This document shows positions 62,701 through 64,000 of a stretch of DNA of 64,000 bases, in pieces. Each line of letters begins with the position of its first letter. Within the stretch, counting starts at the first letter, position 1. The notes beneath the pieces were generated by a model. That model was not told the DNA's origin and made no database searches. It saw nothing but the letters and a program-made list of their open reading frames with translations. The stretch covers positions 32,621,016 to 32,685,015 of the forward strand of contig NC_092374.1 in NCBI RefSeq assembly GCF_030028105.1. The letters are read 5' to 3'. This stretch comes from Mobula birostris (lineage: Eukaryota). The position numbers and the translations under genes were made by a program.

Positions 62701-63962
62701 GGATCCTCAAAGCAATGTCCCCTTAGATCCCATGCCTCCTTACTTTCTCAATAAGCCTTACATGGGGTACCTTATCAAATGCCTTGCTTTTGACAAGGCC
62801 ATGCTGACTATTGTGTGGTGTGTGGCCAAATGGTTAGGGCGTTGGGCTCACCATTAGAAGGTCGTGGGTTCAAGTCTCGGCCAAGGCAGCATGTGTGTCT
62901 TTGAGCAAGGCACTTAACCACACATTGCTCCAGTCCACCCAGCTGAAAATGGGTACTGGCAAATGCTGGGGGTTAACCTTGCGATAGACTGGCGTCTTAT
63001 CCGGTGGGCGGGAGTCTCGCACTCTCAGTCGCTTCACACCACAGAAACCGGCATAAGCACTGGCCTGATGGGCCACAAAGCTCGGGGCAGACTTTAACTT
63101 TAATGCCAACTATTCCTAATCATATTATGTTTCTCCAAATGTTCATAAATCCTGCCTCTCCGGATCTTCTCCATCCACTTACCAACCATTGACATAAGAC
63201 TCACTGGTCTATAATTTCCTGGACTATCTTTACTCCCTTTCTTGAATAAGGGAACAACACTTGCAACCCTCCAACCCTCCAGAATCTCCTCCCTCGCCTT
63301 CCACAGTAGCCTGGGGTATATCTCATCCGGTCCCAGTGACTGACTTGATGCTTCCCAAAAGCTCCAGCACATCCTCTTTCTTAATGTCCATTTGCTCAAG
63401 CTTTCCAGTCTGCTGTAAGTCATCCCTACAATTGCTAAGGTCCTTTTCTGAAGTGAAATAATACATTGGTATATTGGATTGTCCACAGTGTATGTGAATG
63501 ACACATTGTATACTCCTTTTTTAGGAGTTAAAAGAAAAAATATCTTGCAGAAAATTCTTTATTCATTGCAAATTTAATGACTAAAATAATTTCTAGTACT
63601 TTTGAGGTTCTAAACTGAAAGAAAAAAGTAAAATTGAACAAATGGTCAATGAGAGATCCTAATCAAAAGACCTTCATTTCTTGGTCTATAAAATGACCAG
63701 TAAAACTCAGTAAAAAATATTAAACAAGTAGCCAAAAGTTGTTGCAACACATATAAAAGTTGCTGGTGAATGCAGCAGGCCAAGCAGCATCTCTAGGAAG
63801 AGGTACAGTCGACGTTTCAGTCCGAGACCCTTCGTCAGACCCTTTGTTTAGCCAAAAGTTGTTGTTTTTTTTTTGGGACCAAAATTAATTAGTATTTGTA
63901 TTTTTTTAACCAGGTCTTGAAACTAATTCAGGGACTGTGTCGGAAGATAATTTGAAAGAAAC
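50651..63962 (+). CDS. CENPH: Centromere protein H, 5' part; join(50651..50709,57160..57297,57772..57827,63914..63962), continues beyond the window; in-frame upstream ATG at 50612
   Basis: DSILHLMW|[18 protein letters not shown] aligns by eye with human CENP-H DRMTLLLR|LRAQTKQQLLEYKSMVDA, and AVDSGEG resembles ADSGGEG. Junctions are phase-consistent GT-AG. The 56- and 49-nt exons match the human exon sizes as I recall them (not verified). Confidence 0.8.
50850..51088 (+). mobile_element. Penelope-like pLTR fragment in CENPH intron 1
   Basis: Near-identical to the 31145-31350 end and to 52480-52680. Confidence 0.88.
50957..50992 (+). ncRNA. Minimal type-I hammerhead ribozyme motif, intact core
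   Basis: AGTC-CTGACGA-AGG(gtctcgg)CCT-GAAA-CG-TC^GACT: stem I AGTC/GACT, stem II AGG/CCT, palindromic ACGT helix III; predicted cut after 50988. Confidence 0.8.
52051..52086 (-). ncRNA. Minimal type-I hammerhead ribozyme motif, intact core
   Basis: The - strand reads AGTC-CTGATGA-AGG(gtctcgg)CCT-GAAA-CG-TC^GACT. Confidence 0.78.
52583..52618 (+). ncRNA. Minimal type-I hammerhead ribozyme motif, intact core
   Basis: AGTC-CTGATGA-AGG(gtcttgg)CCT-GAAA-CG-TC^GACT; predicted cut after 52614. Confidence 0.78.
52890..53200 (+). mobile_element. tRNA-derived CORE-type SINE (family A, second copy)
   Basis: Highly similar to 30292-30589; imperfect TSD GGA(A/G)TAAAGT. Confidence 0.88.
54260..55019 (-). 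mobile_element. Non-coding retroposon with an AATGGCGCC 5' end and a Rex-like 3' tail
   Basis: The - strand starts AATGGCGCC and ends ...CATTAAATGTACCTTTGAAACC; GC-richer than the flanks; appears to split a decayed CR1. Confidence 0.55.
57160..57297 (+). CDS. CENPH: CENPH exon 2
   Basis: ttatag|A ... TG|gtgagt, open frame. Confidence 0.8.
57772..57827 (+). CDS. CENPH: CENPH exon 3
   Basis: tgatag|G ... T|gtaaga; encodes [18 protein letters not shown]. Confidence 0.82.
57915..58650 (-). mobile_element. CR1 3' fragment
   Basis: Homologous to 25064-25640. Confidence 0.85.
58187..58354. mobile_element. hAT/Charlie-type MITE (left end largely deleted) inserted in CR1
   Basis: Right end CCGCGGCCCGGAGGTTGGGGCCCACTG; 8-bp TSD CCCTAACC (58179-58186 / 58355-58362). 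Confidence 0.75.
59034..59200 (-). mobile_element. Short Penelope pLTR insertion with an inverted tail
   Basis: 11-bp TSD TGCATTCCCAT (59023-59033 / 59201-59211); variant hammerhead core CTGCTGA. Confidence 0.8.
59312..59680 (-). mobile_element. CR1 3' end, near-identical to 25064-25420
   Basis: [37 protein letters not shown]. Confidence 0.92.
60870..61360 (+). mobile_element. Degenerate Penelope-like fragment with pLTR
   Basis: Homologous to 31145-32200; decayed hammerhead AGTCCTGCTGAAGGGTCTCAGCCTGAAAT. Confidence 0.75.
61645..63460 (-). mobile_element. CR1 LINE fragment interrupted by a SINE
   Basis: ORFs 61735-62361 and 63100-63504 carry CR1 RT motifs. Confidence 0.9.
62812..63102 (+). 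mobile_element. tRNA-derived CORE-type SINE (family B, different 3' half)
   Basis: A/B boxes and GTGTCTTTGAGCAAGGCACTTAACC; tail ends ACTTTAACTTT; diverged TSD ATGC(TG/CA)ACTAT. Confidence 0.85.
63745..63848 (-). mobile_element. Short Penelope pLTR insertion ~65 bp upstream of CENPH exon 4
   Basis: 16-bp TSD TAGCCAAAAGTTGTTG (63729-63744 / 63849-63864); hammerhead with a stem II mismatch. Confidence 0.88.
63914..63962 (+). CDS. CENPH: CENPH exon 4
   Basis: aaccag|GT ... AC|gtatgt; 49 nt, phase 1 in. Confidence 0.75.
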
Positions 63963-64000
63963 GTATGTTTATTCAGTTTATTATTCTACTGTGAAGTAAA

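Noticed and set aside
63526-63580. Candidate CENPH exon after ttttttag
   Set aside because: No donor site and in-frame stops; 63914-63962 fits phase and size.

Overview
Vertebrate genomic DNA, not prokaryotic. The repeat content (abundant CR1, Rex/Babar-type LINEs, Penelope-like elements, V- and CORE-SINEs) suggests a cartilaginous fish, probably a ray; this is an inference. I rebuilt three spliced genes by hand with GT-AG, phase-consistent junctions; the ORF track shows them only as fragments. (1) A 6-exon + strand gene (3571-17044, 286 aa) encodes an N-terminal RVxF-type PP1-docking motif, a caspase-2/RAIDD-like CARD and a coiled coil. (2) An 8-coding-exon - strand gene (46978-21762, 381 aa) encodes an unrecognised 4-TM protein with a basic, S/T-P-rich N-terminus. 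(3) The first four exons of CENPH lie on the + strand from 50651 to beyond the window. Genes 2 and 3 share a bidirectional CpG-island promoter with CCAAT boxes, GC boxes and a CDE/CHR-like module. An internally deleted Ty3/Gypsy element (two LTRs, tRNA-Trp PBS, 4-bp TSD) is nested in a Tc1 fossil just upstream of gene 1. Many Penelope-like retroelement derivatives carry minimal type-I hammerhead ribozyme motifs, and two intact copies lie in sense orientation in CENPH intron 1. No database searches were run; all calls come from reading the sequence and recalling protein families.
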